Source: Rebecca billardiae RCC1528 | Taxonomy: Eukaryota > Protista > Haptophyta | Reading direction: 5' to 3' | NCBI GenBank assembly: GCA_965240325.2 | Contig: OZ251222.1 | Coordinates: 3,534,001-3,598,000, forward strand | Length of the DNA: 64,000 nt | Shown: one piece after another, positions 19,476-30,740 of the stretch | Layout: each line of letters starts with the position of its first letter | How positions within the stretch are numbered: position 1 is the first letter of the stretch | Program-made: the position numbers and the translations under genes | The notes under the pieces: generated by a model | Database searches by the model: none | The model's input: the letters and a program-made list of their open reading frames with translations, nothing else | What the model was told of the DNA's origin: nothing

Positions 19476-22400
19476 ATGGCGGAGCGCGTGCAGACTGCGG
19501 CGCGGAGCGCGGCCGCGATGGTGGCGAGCGGCCTCATCGCGTACCAGCGCGGCTTCGCCGTGACAAACCTTCCCCAAGCGCCCTTCGTCGCGTACATCTC
19601 GGTGTTCTGCGTCGAGCCCACAGCGGGCGCGACGCTGCGGACGTCCACGGACGCCGTGCTGGGCGGCGCATGTGCGGTCGTGGCGCAGCTGCCGTGCCTC
19701 CTCGTGCCCGCGGGCGTGCGCTCGCACGCGGCGTTCGCGGGCGGGCTGGTGGTCCTGCAGGCCTTCGTCCTCGCCCTGGGCGCCTTCCCCCCGGCCACCC
19801 GCCGCGTCGCTCTCTCCAGCTCGGTGATCCTCTCGCTCGCGCCGCTGATGGACGCGCGCGCGCTGCGGCCCACGTACGCGCTCGAGTTCCTCGCCCTCGT
19901 GGCGCTGGGCGCGGCGGCGGCGGCGGCGGCGGCGTGGATTCCCCCGGCGCGCACCGCACGCGGCCGTCTCGCCGCGCACCTCGCGCGCGCGGACGCGGAC
20001 GGCGCGGCGTGCTTTGCGGAGCTCACCGCTGCCTTCTGCGACGAGGCAGTCGGCGCTGCCCCGCTTGCGCCGGGCGGCGCGGGCGCGGGCTCGTCTGCGG
20101 ACGGGGACGATGGCGCGCGCGAGGCGGACGACGGCGCGGGAGGCGCGGGCGTCGCGGCGCTCGTGCGCGCGCACTACCGCCTGGCGCGCCTCGAGGGCGC
20201 GGCGGCGGTGTCGTCAGACCTCCGCGCCGCGTGCGCGTGGGAGCCGGGCTGCGCGGACGGGGGCGCGGCCCCGGCGGGCGTCGGGCTGAGCGGGGCGGAT
20301 CAGGTGCGCCACTTGCAGCGCATGGCGCGCGCGATCGAGGCCCACCGCGCCGCCGTCGCGCGCGGCGCCGCGCACGAGGCGCACCTCCACCGCGGCTTTG
20401 CGCGCGGGCTGCGGCCCGCACTGCGCCGGCTGGCGGGGAGCATCAGCGCGCGCGTGCAAGGCGAAGGCGGCGGCAGGGGGGCGGGCAAGGGCCCGGCCGA
20501 CGAGGGTGCTCGCGGCTTGGAAGAGCCGCACGCCGCGCCGTGCGCCGACGAGCTGCGCCGCGTGCACGCCGCCTTCGCCGTGGCGCGCTCCTCCCTGCTC
20601 TACCCGCCGGAGCTGCACCCGCCACCAGGGCAGCAGCCGCCAGGGCAGCAGGAGCTGCACGCGCGCGGCGCCGTGCGAGCGGGCGCGGGGCAGGGTGTGG
20701 CGGCGGATGGCGGCGTGGGCGGCGCGGGCGCGCCTGCCGGCGCGCCCTCCGCGCGCGCGCCCGACGCGCAGTCGCTGGGCAGCGCGTACGCCACCTCGTA
20801 CTCGCGCCAGCTGAACGCGTTTCTGCTCAGCGCCCTTCTCTTCACGCAGGGGGAGCGGCACGGGCGGGGGCAGGGGCGGCAGGGGGAGGAGCGGGGTGGC
20901 GGGGCGTGCGCGCGGACCTGCCGCGGGCTCGGCGCGCCTGCGCGCGCGGCGGCGGCGCGCGCGCGCGCCGTCGCGCTCGGCCTCGCGCCTCGCGCCGCGC
21001 TCACGCGCGCGTCCGCGCGCCGCGGCGCGCACTTTGCGCTGGCGGTGGGCGCGGCCGCGTGCACGGCGCTGCTGCCCGCGTCGCGCGCGGCGTTCCGGCA
21101 CGAGCTGTTCGCGCCGGTGGAGGCGACGTTCGTGGTGCAGGAGCGGGCGGGCGCGTCCGCGCACCAGGCGCTGCTGCGGCTGCTCGGCACCGCGGTCGGC
21201 GCGTGTGCGGGTTACCTCGTGCAGCGCGCGTGCGCGGGCGCGCACGCCGGCTGGCTCGCGGCCGCGCTCGGCGCGTGGGCGTTTGGCGCGTGCCTGCTGC
21301 GCGGCTCGCGCACGCACGGGTACGCGGCCATCGTCGCGGCGTGGACCGCGCCGATCGTCGCCGCGGCGGAGGGCAGCACCGCCGCCCTCGAGCGCTGCGT
21401 GCACGCGCTGATCGGCGCGGCGGCGTGCGTGGCCGCCTCCAGGGCCGTGGCCGCGGGCTGGGCGCACACGGAAGTGCTCGGCGCCGCGTCGCGCGCCGCC
21501 GCGGACTCGGCCCGGCTGCTGGCGGCGGAGGTGCTGGGCTGGCGCGCGCTGCTCGGCTTCGCGGACGCGTCGGCCGAGGAGGAGGAGGTGGGCGGCGCGG
21601 GCGGCGGCGCCGCGGCGGAGGCGGCGGACGCGCAGCTGATCACTGTCCAGATTGCGGACGAGTCCCGGGCGGAGGGCGCGCGCAACGGCGCCGCGCTCTC
21701 GGCCGTGCGCGCGCGCTGGGCGGCGGTGGCGGCGCTGCAGAGGGAGGCGGAGGCGGAGGCGGGGCTGTGCGCGCCGGCGGGCGCCGCGCCGCCCAGCCTC
21801 GCCGACGTCGCCGCCGCCGGCGCGCGCCTCGCCGCCTCGCTCGCCACCGTGCGCGCCACCGCGACCGCGCCCCTCGGCGTGCTGAGCGGCGTCCTCAACT
21901 TTGAGCTGCACGCGTGGGCGGGGCAGCCGTGCGCGCGCATCCTGCGCGCGCTGAGCGAGGACGCGGGGCGGGCGGGCGCGGCGGCGGGCGAGGCGCTCGA
22001 GGCGGCGGCGGGGCTCCGGAGGGAGGGCGCTGCCGACGTCGCCGGCTGCGCCGCGCTCGCCGCGCTCGGCCAGCCGCGCACCGACGACGCGCGCCGCGCC
22101 GCCTCCGCCGCCGAGCGGCTTGCGCGCGCGCTCGGCCGGCTGCGCGCGCGCCGCACTGAGCTCGACGCGCTCTACATCGAGACGCTGGGCACCGCGATCG
22201 AGTCGGGGCGCGCGACGCCGGCGAAGCGCGTGTCGAACGCGGACATGCTGCTGAACAACTCGATGTGCGACGCGCTGCTCGGCGCCGTCGACGAGCTGCT
22301 CGCCCTCGGCGCCGCGGCCGAGGGCGCGGCCGCGCGCGTCGCACTCGACAGGGGCCTGGACGTGCTCGGCGGCGCGCGCGGCGGAGGGGGCGAGCCCGGC

Positions 22401-22517
22401 GCCGCGCGCGAGGCCAGCCGCCGCCCTCCGGCGGCCGCGCTGCCTGCCGACGAGGTGCAGCCAGTGCCAGAGCTGCCCGCCGCAAGCACGTCGCCGCGTC
22501 GCCGATGCTCCGTCTGA
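19476..22517 (+). CDS. FUSC / aromatic-acid-exporter (ArAE)-family integral membrane protein
   Basis: Two hydrophobic multi-TM blocks separated by a helical linker. The second block has FAPVEATFVVQERAGAS...ALLRLLGTAVG and ALERCVHALIG, typical of FUSC_2. Confidence 0.75.
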   Translation: MAERVQTAARSAAAMVASGLIAYQRGFAVTNLPQAPFVAYISVFCVEPTAGATLRTSTDAVLGGACAVVAQLPCLLVPAGVRSHAAFAGGLVVLQAFVLALGAFPPATRRVALSSSVILSLAPLMDARALRPTYALEFLALVALGAAAAAAAAWIPPARTARGRLAAHLARADADGAACFAELTAAFCDEAVGAAPLAPGGAGAGSSADGDDGAREADDGAGGAGVAALVRAHYRLARLEGAAAVSSDLRAACAWEPGCADGGAAPAGVGLSGADQVRHLQRMARAIEAHRAAVARGAAHEAHLHRGFARGLRPALRRLAGSISARVQGEGGGRGAGKGPADEGARGLEEPHAAPCADELRRVHAAFAVARSSLLYPPELHPPPGQQPPGQQELHARGAVRAGAGQGVAADGGVGGAGAPAGAPSARAPDAQSLGSAYATSYSRQLNAFLLSALLFTQGERHGRGQGRQGEERGGGACARTCRGLGAPARAAAARARAVALGLAPRAALTRASARRGAHFALAVGAAACTALLPASRAAFRHELFAPVEATFVVQERAGASAHQALLRLLGTAVGACAGYLVQRACAGAHAGWLAAALGAWAFGACLLRGSRTHGYAAIVAAWTAPIVAAAEGSTAALERCVHALIGAAACVAASRAVAAGWAHTEVLGAASRAAADSARLLAAEVLGWRALLGFADASAEEEEVGGAGGGAAAEAADAQLITVQIADESRAEGARNGAALSAVRARWAAVAALQREAEAEAGLCAPAGAAPPSLADVAAAGARLAASLATVRATATAPLGVLSGVLNFELHAWAGQPCARILRALSEDAGRAGAAAGEALEAAAGLRREGAADVAGCAALAALGQPRTDDARRAASAAERLARALGRLRARRTELDALYIETLGTAIESGRATPAKRVSNADMLLNNSMCDALLGAVDELLALGAAAEGAAARVALDRGLDVLGGARGGGGEPGAAREASRRPPAAALPADEVQPVPELPAASTSPRRRCSV

Positions 22518-22891
22518 TGACTGCTGATGAGTTGAGCTGTACTACGACGCGAAACTGTAGTCTAGTAATAACTAGCAGTAGCATCAGCAGCAGACAGCAG
22601 TGCGCGCGAGACGACCGTAGCGCAGCAGCGGCCACCACACTCATATCATCAAGCCGGCTGATGGCGGAAACTCGTTGATGGCAGGCGGCTGTGTCCGTGG
22701 TGCAGGCCCCACGTCAGTCGTCAGTCTCGGAGTCTCAGCGACAGCAGCCGAGTGCATCAGTGTCAGCAGGACTGCGTGGCGCATATGCACTACGCAGTGC
22801 GCGTGATGGTCATGCATGGTACCGTCGACCTACAGACACTGCTCATCGATCTAATCATCTATACTGAATACTGCGCGCTCGCCCGGCACTT

Positions 22892-22959
22892 TACAGTTTA
22901 TTGTAAAAACTAAGAATAAGAGACGCACACAGCTCAGGCAGGCGAGATTGACGCCCGTA
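22892..22959 (+). mobile_element. Full-length copy E of the 55-bp element (with 9-bp insertion)
   Basis: TACAGTTTA(ttgtaaaaa)CTAAGAATAAGAGACGCACACAGCTCAGGCAGGCGAGATTGACGCCCGTA. Confidence 0.9.
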
Positions 22960-23002
22960 TACAGGGCACAGCGCCGCCACGGTTTATTATATATTGGCCT
23001 TA

Positions 23003-23736
23003 TTATAAACTCTGCCCTGGCGGGCGGGGGGGTCGGCGGGCCGTGCCAGTGCTGTCGCAATGTTCCCTCTGCGGGTTCGCGTCTTTCCGCAGCATTCGCT
23101 CGTGGCCGTGCCGGTGCCGGTGGGTGACGGACAGTCGGACCAGTGACACCTGTGAAGAGTTCTCCCACGCGGTGCGGTACGCGTCTGTGCGCATAAGCGA
23201 GGTCCACACCCACGAGGGAATGTGCAGCACGCGGGGCGGGGCGGGTAGCCCGTAGCTCCACGCGAGCGCGGGTACGCGCTGTATGTGCCGCATCTCGACC
23301 GCGATGGCGTAATCGAGCGCCTCGCCACCGACGAAGCCGCCAGAGTAGATCGTGTGCATGTCCTCCTGTCGCCAGCCGAGAGCGGTCGTCGCGAGGACGC
23401 TTGCCGATGTCCGCTCCGGGCATGATGGGCTCGTCGCAAGTCGCGTTGACATCGTACACGGCCGCCAGGCTGAGCACGAGCGCGTTGACGTTTACGCGGT
23501 CGTCGCTCTTCGCATCTTCGACAGGTCTGGCGCTCGCGTGCTCGGCGGCACGAGGAGCTGTTGGTTGTGCGCGCGCGCGCGCACAGCGACAGCGTGTGCC
23601 ACTCGCGATCGAGAGTGGGCAAGCGCTGCTCACGCGAGCACACGAATCGCAGCGCATCCGTCACCGGCGTGACGACTTCCGCCTCGTCCCGCAGCGCCTG
23701 CGCCATGGACGAGGCCATGGCGCGGCGATGTTGCAT
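23003..23736 (-). pseudogene. Frameshifted gene relic (coding-like segments spread over three frames)
   Basis: Protein-like stretches MAQALRDEAEVVTPVTDALRF..., VNALVLSLAAVYD... and MHTIYSGGFVGGEALDYAI...LHIPSWVWTSLM lie in different frames and end next to element copy E. Confidence 0.35.
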
Positions 23737-24838
23737 GCTCGACGTTTCATCTCTCTGCGGATGGCATCACGGGCTTGTCTGTGTCGCGCTGCGGCGAGGG
23801 TCGCCAACTCGCGATGACGCGGTTGCTGCCACGGCGACAGACCCGGGAGGTGCGTCCGCTGCGCGTCGTACGCCGTTGGCGCTGCGCTTCCGTCGCATTG
23901 GTCACCGTCGACGCCATGCAGGCCGGACGTGGGCTTCGGCTGAGGGACCGGACCGCGAGCAATGACTGAGTCCGGTGCGCGGATTCCGGCGATCGAGTTC
24001 AGAAGGCCGCGCCAAATCTTGCGTCGCGTGCGATGGCGCTTCCCGCCCGCGAGACGCCTCGTGATGAGGGCTTTCTCGCACCGAGCCCGACGCGCGACGG
24101 TGGATCGCGCGAGGCGGTCATCGTGCGCAGCGCATGATGCTATGGCCGGTGCGAGCTTTCGACGTGCACGTCGGGCGAGGATCGCCCCAGGTCGCACGAT
24201 CGTGTCGACGCGCCGAGCGTACCGCTCCAAACGCGTCGATTTGGATCCCGTTCGACCTGCACGCGAGACGACGAGGGCAGCAATCGCGAATCGGGCGAAA
24301 ACCCGTCTAGGGAGTCCTCGCGCGATGTCCGCGCCGGCGTTGGATTCGGCGCGCGCGGCCCATGCGCTCCGCGCCATGCGGAAGTTGTTTTCGGCCGAGC
24401 GTCCCCAGTGGGAGCTGCGAGGGCGCCCGGTAGTGAGCGAAGCGATTTTCTTTTCTTGGCGAGGCGATTTTCTTTTCCTTTTCTTTTTCTTATCTTTTTC
24501 CCGGGCACTACAAGGGGCGGACCTACGGCCCGCCATTATTTGACCTCGCGACTCATCATCGACATCAGCGCCTCCTGCCCGTGCGCGGGGCACTCACTAG
24601 TCGTCGGCGTTATCGCAGAACCGATCGGACTTCCATCCGCAGCCGTCGGCTAGTGAGCAGAGCACTGATTGTGCGGGCTGCGGGCCTTGGGTCGCATAGC
24701 TTCTAGCTATATAACTCAATACGTCTCATCAGAAAAAGCTAACTACCAGCGGAGCGAGTAGACCGTCGAGTGCCGAGTCTCACTTCTCTCAAGTCTCAGT
24801 CCGATCGACGTCGTCCGCGCGATCGTCCTCATGAATCA

Positions 24839-25041
24839 TCAAGCGAATTGCACCGTCGCCGTGGGCTGCGCGCGCGCGAGGACGTGCTGGTGCTTCGCCT
24901 TCTCGCTGGAGAAGAGCTCCTTGGTCTGCTTCTTCTCCTCGCGCCGCGCGCGCCGCGCCGCCTTGACCGCGTGCTTGCGCGCGCGCTTCTCGTCGGCGCT
25001 CTCGCCCTCCGGCCGCGCGCCGCCCGCGTCCAGGGCCGCCT

Positions 25042-25093
<52 letters not shown>

Positions 25094-26784
25094 GTCGGCG
25101 AGCGCGGCCGCCTCGGCGGCGCGCGCCGCGCTCGCCCGCGCCTGCTTGCCCACCACGCCCGCCGGGAAGCCCTTCTCGTCGAGCGCGATCCTCGGCCTGT
25201 GCGGCTTGCGCAGCACGCGCACAAGCGTCGGGTGGTTCTCCGTGTTTGAGTAGGTGGTCACGATCGACTCGCAGTCCCAGCGCTCGGCGCGCTCGGGGTC
25301 GTCGACGAGGCCGGAGAGGTACGGGTGCGCCTCGAGCTCCGCGTCGTCCAGCGCCTCCGCCTCCTCCGGCACGAGCGCCAGCCGCTCGCGCGCCTCGGCG
25401 CTCAGCGGCACCGGCCGGTCCAGTGCGCCTGCGGCTGCGCCGCGCGCGCTCGGCGCGCCGTCCGCGCGCTCCGCGTTGGGCTCGGTTCCGTACAGCTCGT
25501 GCAGCGAGCGCGATGGCTCGGCCTCGTGCTCGAGGAAGCCGTCGAGCACCGCGTCAAAGTCCTGCAGCGTCGCCGAGCCCTTCAGCCGCTCGTCCTCCGC
25601 GTCGAGCTCGCCGATCTCGTCGTCGGCGTAGTCGTCGAGCAGCGCGCTCAGGTGCTGCTCCAAGTGCTGCTCGAGCTGCGCGCGCTGGGCGGAGCTCGCG
25701 CCGCCGTCCGACGCGGCGACGGAGCGGGCGTAGCGGGACGGGGCGTAGCGCGAGAGCGCGCGTCGCGGGCCGGCCTCGCTGACCGTCCGCCTGCGCGCGC
25801 CCTCCGCCGCCTCCCGCTCCGCCCCCTCGTCGCTCTCCCCAGCACTGCTGCCCTCCCCCCCCTCCTCCTCCTCCTCCTCCTCGTCCTCGTCCTCGTCCGC
25901 ACCGCCGGAGCCGCGCGCTGCCCGGTTCTGCGCGCGCTTGCGTCCGTGGCCGCGCCCCCGCAGCGAGCGGCGCGCGATCATGCCCACAATGTCGTCGGGC
26001 AGGTCGCCGTACTCGAACGCGCCGCCGCGCGCGCCCTCGTCCCCGCCTGCTGCGGGCTGCTGCTGGTCAGAGTCCCGCCTCGGCCGGTGCCCGCGCAGCT
26101 GCAGCCCGAGGGTTGGCATCTCCAGGGCCTCGAGGAGGTCGTCGTCGAGCTCGCCCACGTCCGCGTCCACCTGCAGCACCGGGCCTGCGTCCTCGTCGTC
26201 CTCGCTGCCGGCCTGCGCGCGCCCCACAGCGGCGGCGGCGGCGGCGGCGGCACCACCGGGGCGGTCAGGCCACGCACGCGGGCGCTGCGAGTGCGCGCAG
26301 GCGCGGCGCGGCGCACGCGCGCACGCACATCGCCCGTGGCGCCGCCTCGCGGCGCTGCCTTCGCGTCGCGCATGATGACCTCGTCCACGCGCGTCGGCTC
26401 CTTCGCTGCGGACACGATCGGCTCGCCGCCGCGGCCATAGTCCGATGGGATCCACGTGCCCCCGCCGCTCGGGCGCATGTGCTGGCTGTAGTCGTAGCCG
26501 TCCTTGGTGAAGCCGAACTCGTCCAACTCGTCCATCTCAGCCGCCCCACCGTCGCGCTCCTCCGCGCCGTCGCGCGCCTCGCCCTCGTCCATCACGAGCG
26601 CGGCGAGGTCGTCGTCCACATCGCGGTACAGCTCCTCCTCGCGCATGCCCGGCGCGGGCACCTCCTTGAAGACGCGCTGCGCGGCGCCGCCATCTTCGGC
26701 GAGTGGATCGTCCTGACTCCGGCTGACCAGGTGGAAGTGCCGCGCCTTCGACTTGTCGATGAACTGGACCTTCTTCTTGGGCAT
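24839..26784 (-). CDS. LTV1: LTV1 40S ribosome biogenesis factor; join(26329..26784,24839..26212), intron 26213-26328
   Basis: Motifs MPKKK..FIDK.KA.HFHLV.RSQ.DPL, DGYDYSQHMR, Y.DDEIGELD, WDCESIVTTYSN.ENHP and E...EKRARK.AVK..RR..R.EKK. A phase-0 GT..CTGAC..CAG intron joins the two ORFs. Confidence 0.93.
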
Positions 26785-27073
26785 GGCGCGTCACGTCGAT
26801 GGCCGCGTGGGCGAGCCCAGGGCTGAGGGCGTGGCAGCAGTGAGCAGTCCAACCGGAGCCGGACGGTGGGCGCGAGATGCACGCACAGCTCAGAGTTTCT
26901 TTTTCGGGCGCCATCATTTTTTTTGTTTTTTTAGGTCATCAGAGTTCTGTCTGCTGCACGCGCACGGCCGCCGGACGCGGGGACTCTCCGACTGAGTCTC
27001 ACGGTGCGCGGTGACAGTGCAGTCGTCTAAACTTGTGCTTGGCAAGATTCAGTCCAGAGCCAGACGGAAGGGA

Positions 27074-27095
27074 GCCTGAGCTGTGCGCGTCTCTT
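27074..27095 (-). mobile_element. Degenerate core fragment F of the 55-bp element
   Basis: GCCTGAGCTGTGCGCGTCTCTT, one mismatch to the consensus over 22 bp. Confidence 0.6.
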
Positions 27096-28592
27096 GCTGT
27101 TTTGCATGATGATTATTATCGGATCGATCGAGTACGTATATATTAACGACGTGGTATGCAACGGGCAGGCGTCAGAGTCAGCAAGCTGTAGCGGCAGATC
27201 GAGCAGCAGAGACAAACACCAGGATCAGCGCTCCTCGCCGTCGTCCCCCCCCTCCCTCGTAGTCGCCCATCACTCCATCGCCGAGCGGAAGCTCGACGCA
27301 CCGTCTGGCGTATATATATATATATATATTATGTGTCCTCCTGCATGAAGAGCGACGCGACGCCAAATGTTATTGAGTTATAATGGACGAACATCACCCA
27401 CAGTCTGCGTGATGTGCATGCGAGGGCAGGTATTGCAGCATATATGCGAGCGTGCAGCAAATGCCGATACACACCATGCCGAAATGGTGATGTATAAATA
27501 TATACTTGCGCGTGGTGGGGATTTGTCCCTGGCTGAACGGGAAGAGCGACTACTGAGCCGACGGTGCCAAAGCTGCGCGCAGACTGCGCCAGCGTGTGGC
27601 AGCAAGGCTCAGGCAAGCGCAGCACTCACAGGCCTGACGACAAGGTTGTCAACCACAACGGAGGCTGCAGGGGCGGATGGCGGGTTTCGCAACGAGCACA
27701 AGCAAAGAACGCAGAGGAGATGGCGGGACCTCGGGCTTTGCAGATGCGCAGGCCGAAGCAGGGGCTGCAGAGAGATGAGCAGCTCGGCCCGAAAGGTCGT
27801 GTAACCGATGATCGAGCGAGCTCTGCTAGGTGGGCTGCTTGATATGAACTTTGGTAAGTTGCCACGCCGACTTAAGATGACCTTGGATATGATCTCGAGC
27901 GCCGGATAGTGGAGAGGAGCGGGTACTTACAGAGGAGCCAGTGTGGTTGGCCGATATGAAAGGACCAGCGCCCGCCATGATGATGATAAAGGATAGCTCC
28001 GTGGCCGATGAGCTCCCGGGAAATCGACTGCAACTACCTGCAGGACCTAGAAGACGATGGCGGCCCTTGTCCACCAGCTGCGCGCGTTGCCTTTCCAGCC
28101 TCCCGACACACTCGGTTATAACTCCGTTATAACGCCACATATTATATAATATAAACTATGCATGCACATTAATCGGTGCATGCATCAATTTGATCAAACC
28201 CGCGTCACTCCGACCCGGCTCGGAGTCGGACTCGGACTCAGGACTCTGACTGACACTCTGTGACAGTCTGACTCGGTGACTGGCAAGCCGCCGCGCATTC
28301 CGGACTCGTCCGACTTAGCATCAGTCACATCAGCACGATCCGCGATAACACGATTCACGACTCACGTAGTACGTACCCGGTCCGACTCGACTCACGAGTC
28401 ACGGCCGGATAGTGGGGAATCAGCCGGGCTCTGCCTCTGGCCGCCCGACGGGGCGCGCCGCCGAGTCAGTCATACGGAGGGAGGGATAGACGGGGCGCCT
28501 GCTTCGTGGCGCTGCCCGTCCCGGCCGGCCTCCTAGTCCTAGGCTCTCCGCGCGTGCCGCTCGGCGCGACCACGCTCGGTGCCCACCTGTGC

Positions 28593-30500
28593 TCAGGCTG
28601 CGATGGTCACGACCGGCGGCTGGCGCCCGCCCGGGCTGCCGGCCTCGTCGCCGCCCGGCGCGTCGCCTGCGGCCGCCACACCGCCGCTCGCCACACCGCC
28701 GCCGACCGGCGGGCGCGCCGGCGAGAGCGGGCTGGGAGCGCGGACCTCGCCACCCTCCGCGGTGGCGTCGCCCGCCTCCCCCTTGCCGCGCCCCGCCCTG
28801 CGCATCTTGCCCATGAAGCGCACGACGCGCAATGTGCCAAGCTGCCGGCGGCGGAAGAAGCTGCGGCCGCGCGGGTCTTCGCTGTGCGTGGCCACGCCCG
28901 GCAGCACCGTCGCCGTCTTGCCCGTCACGCGCAGCAGCCGCCGTTGCCTCCGCTTGCCGGCGGCCTCCGCCGACTCCGACGGCGTGCGCATCGCATTGCC
29001 CGTGAGCCGCGAGTAGTCCGCCGCGATGCGCTTCGCCCACAGCGCCGACTGCTCGCTCGGGTTTGGCAGCGTGTCGCGCTTGGGGATGCACGACAGCCCG
29101 GCGCTCAGCCGCGGCGTCGGCGGCAGCGCCTGCAGGAAGTTGACCTGCATGCCGCCCGGCGCGTCGGTGGAGACGCGGCGCTCGGCGCTCGACGCGAGGC
29201 CGGGCACGGCGAACAGCCCGTTCAGCCGCAGCGTCACGCGGTCGGTGAGCGCGGTGAAGCGGCGCGCGATCGCCTCGCTCTCGTTGGCCGCGCGGTTCAC
29301 CCAGTCGGGGATGTACTCAAACCCGTCGTCCACGCGCAGCACCGCCTGGATGAGCGCGGCGGAGAAGTGGTTGCAGTTGCGCGTGATCGTGTCGTACGAG
29401 TTGCCCGGCCACTCCGCCATCAGCGGGACCAGCGTCCGCCGCAGCACGCGCGGCGTCATCTTGGACACGCCCACCTCGATCACCGTGGTGTGCGTCGCGT
29501 GCCCGCCCGCAAAGCCGGGCGGCAACACGGACGGCTCCTGCATCCACACGCCCGTGCGCTCCTCGTCGTGCGAGCCGAAGGCATACTCGACGCCGGCGAT
29601 CTCGACGCCCGAGTGGTACACGCCGCCGCCGAGGATCGCCGAGAGCGCCGCGTCGACCACCGGGCTCGTCAGCCTGTACACGTGCAGCCGCACCGGCAGC
29701 GCCGTGACCGCGGCCGCGCGCTGCAGCCGCGGCATGCCGCTGTTCCGCCGCGAGCCGTACGGCATGAGCATGTTGGCGATGCCGCTGCCGCGCCGCGAGC
29801 CCGAGCGGCTCGTGCCATCGGCCGCCGGCTCGGGCCGCGAGCCGTACGGCATGAGCATGTTGGCGATGCCGCTGCCGCGACGCGAGCCCGAGCGGCTCGT
29901 GCCATCGGCCGCCGGCTCGGGCGGCGCGGCGTTGCGCGCCGCGGACGAGCCGCGGCGCAGGCCGCCGCGCATGCGAGAGAAGGAGCCCGCCTGGCCCGCG
30001 CTCTCGGGGCTCGCCGCCGTCGGCTGGCCGCTGCTCGGCGAGGCGGAGGGGCGGGCGAAGGGGCTGCGGAAGGCGCGCTTCTTGCTCGAGGTGGCCGACT
30101 GGCCGCCCGTCGAGCGCGGCTCCGTGCTCCGGCGCATGGCGCTCTCCGTGTCTGAGCCTGCGTCCGGAGGCGTGGCCGACGGCTGCCCACTCGAGATGGA
30201 GTGAACGTCGTCAGGCGCCTTGATGCCGGGCGGCCGGGCGAGGCCGTTGAGCGGCGCGACGACGTCCTTGCGCTCCGACGCCTCGGGCGAAGGGCCGGCT
30301 GCTGCCGATGCCCGCATCACGCCGCTCGGCGCAGCGGGTGGGTCGCCCATCACGGCGTCGTCGTCGTCGTCGTCGTCCAGAATTGGAGCGGCGACGCGCG
30401 AGTGCAGGCCCTGCAAGCCCCCTTCTCGTGCTTGCCCGGGGAGCGGAGCGCGCGTGGGTGCGTAGGGATCAGCGTCGGCCGCCGCGTCAGCAACGGCCAT
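28593..30500 (-). CDS. PPPDE/DeSI-family deubiquitinating/desumoylating peptidase with long disordered flanks
   Basis: V.LHVY.L...GVYHSGVEI.G.EYAFG (catalytic His) and W.G..YD...RNCNHFS (catalytic Cys), then IP.WVNR. Start codon uncertain (first ATG 30500). Confidence 0.88.
   Translation of the reverse strand: MAVADAAADADPYAPTRAPLPGQAREGGLQGLHSRVAAPILDDDDDDDAVMGDPPAAPSGVMRASAAAGPSPEASERKDVVAPLNGLARPPGIKAPDDVHSISSGQPSATPPDAGSDTESAMRRSTEPRSTGGQSATSSKKRAFRSPFARPSASPSSGQPTAASPESAGQAGSFSRMRGGLRRGSSAARNAAPPEPAADGTSRSGSRRGSGIANMLMPYGSRPEPAADGTSRSGSRRGSGIANMLMPYGSRRNSGMPRLQRAAAVTALPVRLHVYRLTSPVVDAALSAILGGGVYHSGVEIAGVEYAFGSHDEERTGVWMQEPSVLPPGFAGGHATHTTVIEVGVSKMTPRVLRRTLVPLMAEWPGNSYDTITRNCNHFSAALIQAVLRVDDGFEYIPDWVNRAANESEAIARRFTALTDRVTLRLNGLFAVPGLASSAERRVSTDAPGGMQVNFLQALPPTPRLSAGLSCIPKRDTLPNPSEQSALWAKRIAADYSRLTGNAMRTPSESAEAAGKRRQRRLLRVTGKTATVLPGVATHSEDPRGRSFFRRRQLGTLRVVRFMGKMRRAGRGKGEAGDATAEGGEVRAPSPLSPARPPVGGGVASGGVAAAGDAPGGDEAGSPGGRQPPVVTIAA
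29748..29922 (-). repeat. In-frame 87-bp tandem duplication within the PPPDE gene
   Basis: PEPAADGTSRSGSRRGSGIANMLMPYGSR is present twice. Confidence 0.9.
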
Positions 30501-30740
30501 GTGCCAAGCCCGAAGCTCACCCGCCGATGCTCCACCCGCCCCGCGGCAGCGCGCGACGGGCGCCTCGTGCAACAGCAAGGCAAGGTGAACTACCACCCCG
30601 CTCGCCACCACCGAAGCGCGGGGGCCCGCCTCGTCAAATACCGTAGCGGGTATTTACCGTTCGGGTTCCGTCGCCATACAGTATCTACTAGTAACTATTA
30701 ATAACTACTAGTAGTATGATAGTAGCTGCGTAACGTCCCA

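Noticed and set aside
27100-28140. Short ORFs in a lower-GC tract (also ~3000-4050 and ~39050-39600)
   Set aside because: No recognisable motifs or host-like codon bias. Probably decayed inserted DNA that cannot be assigned.
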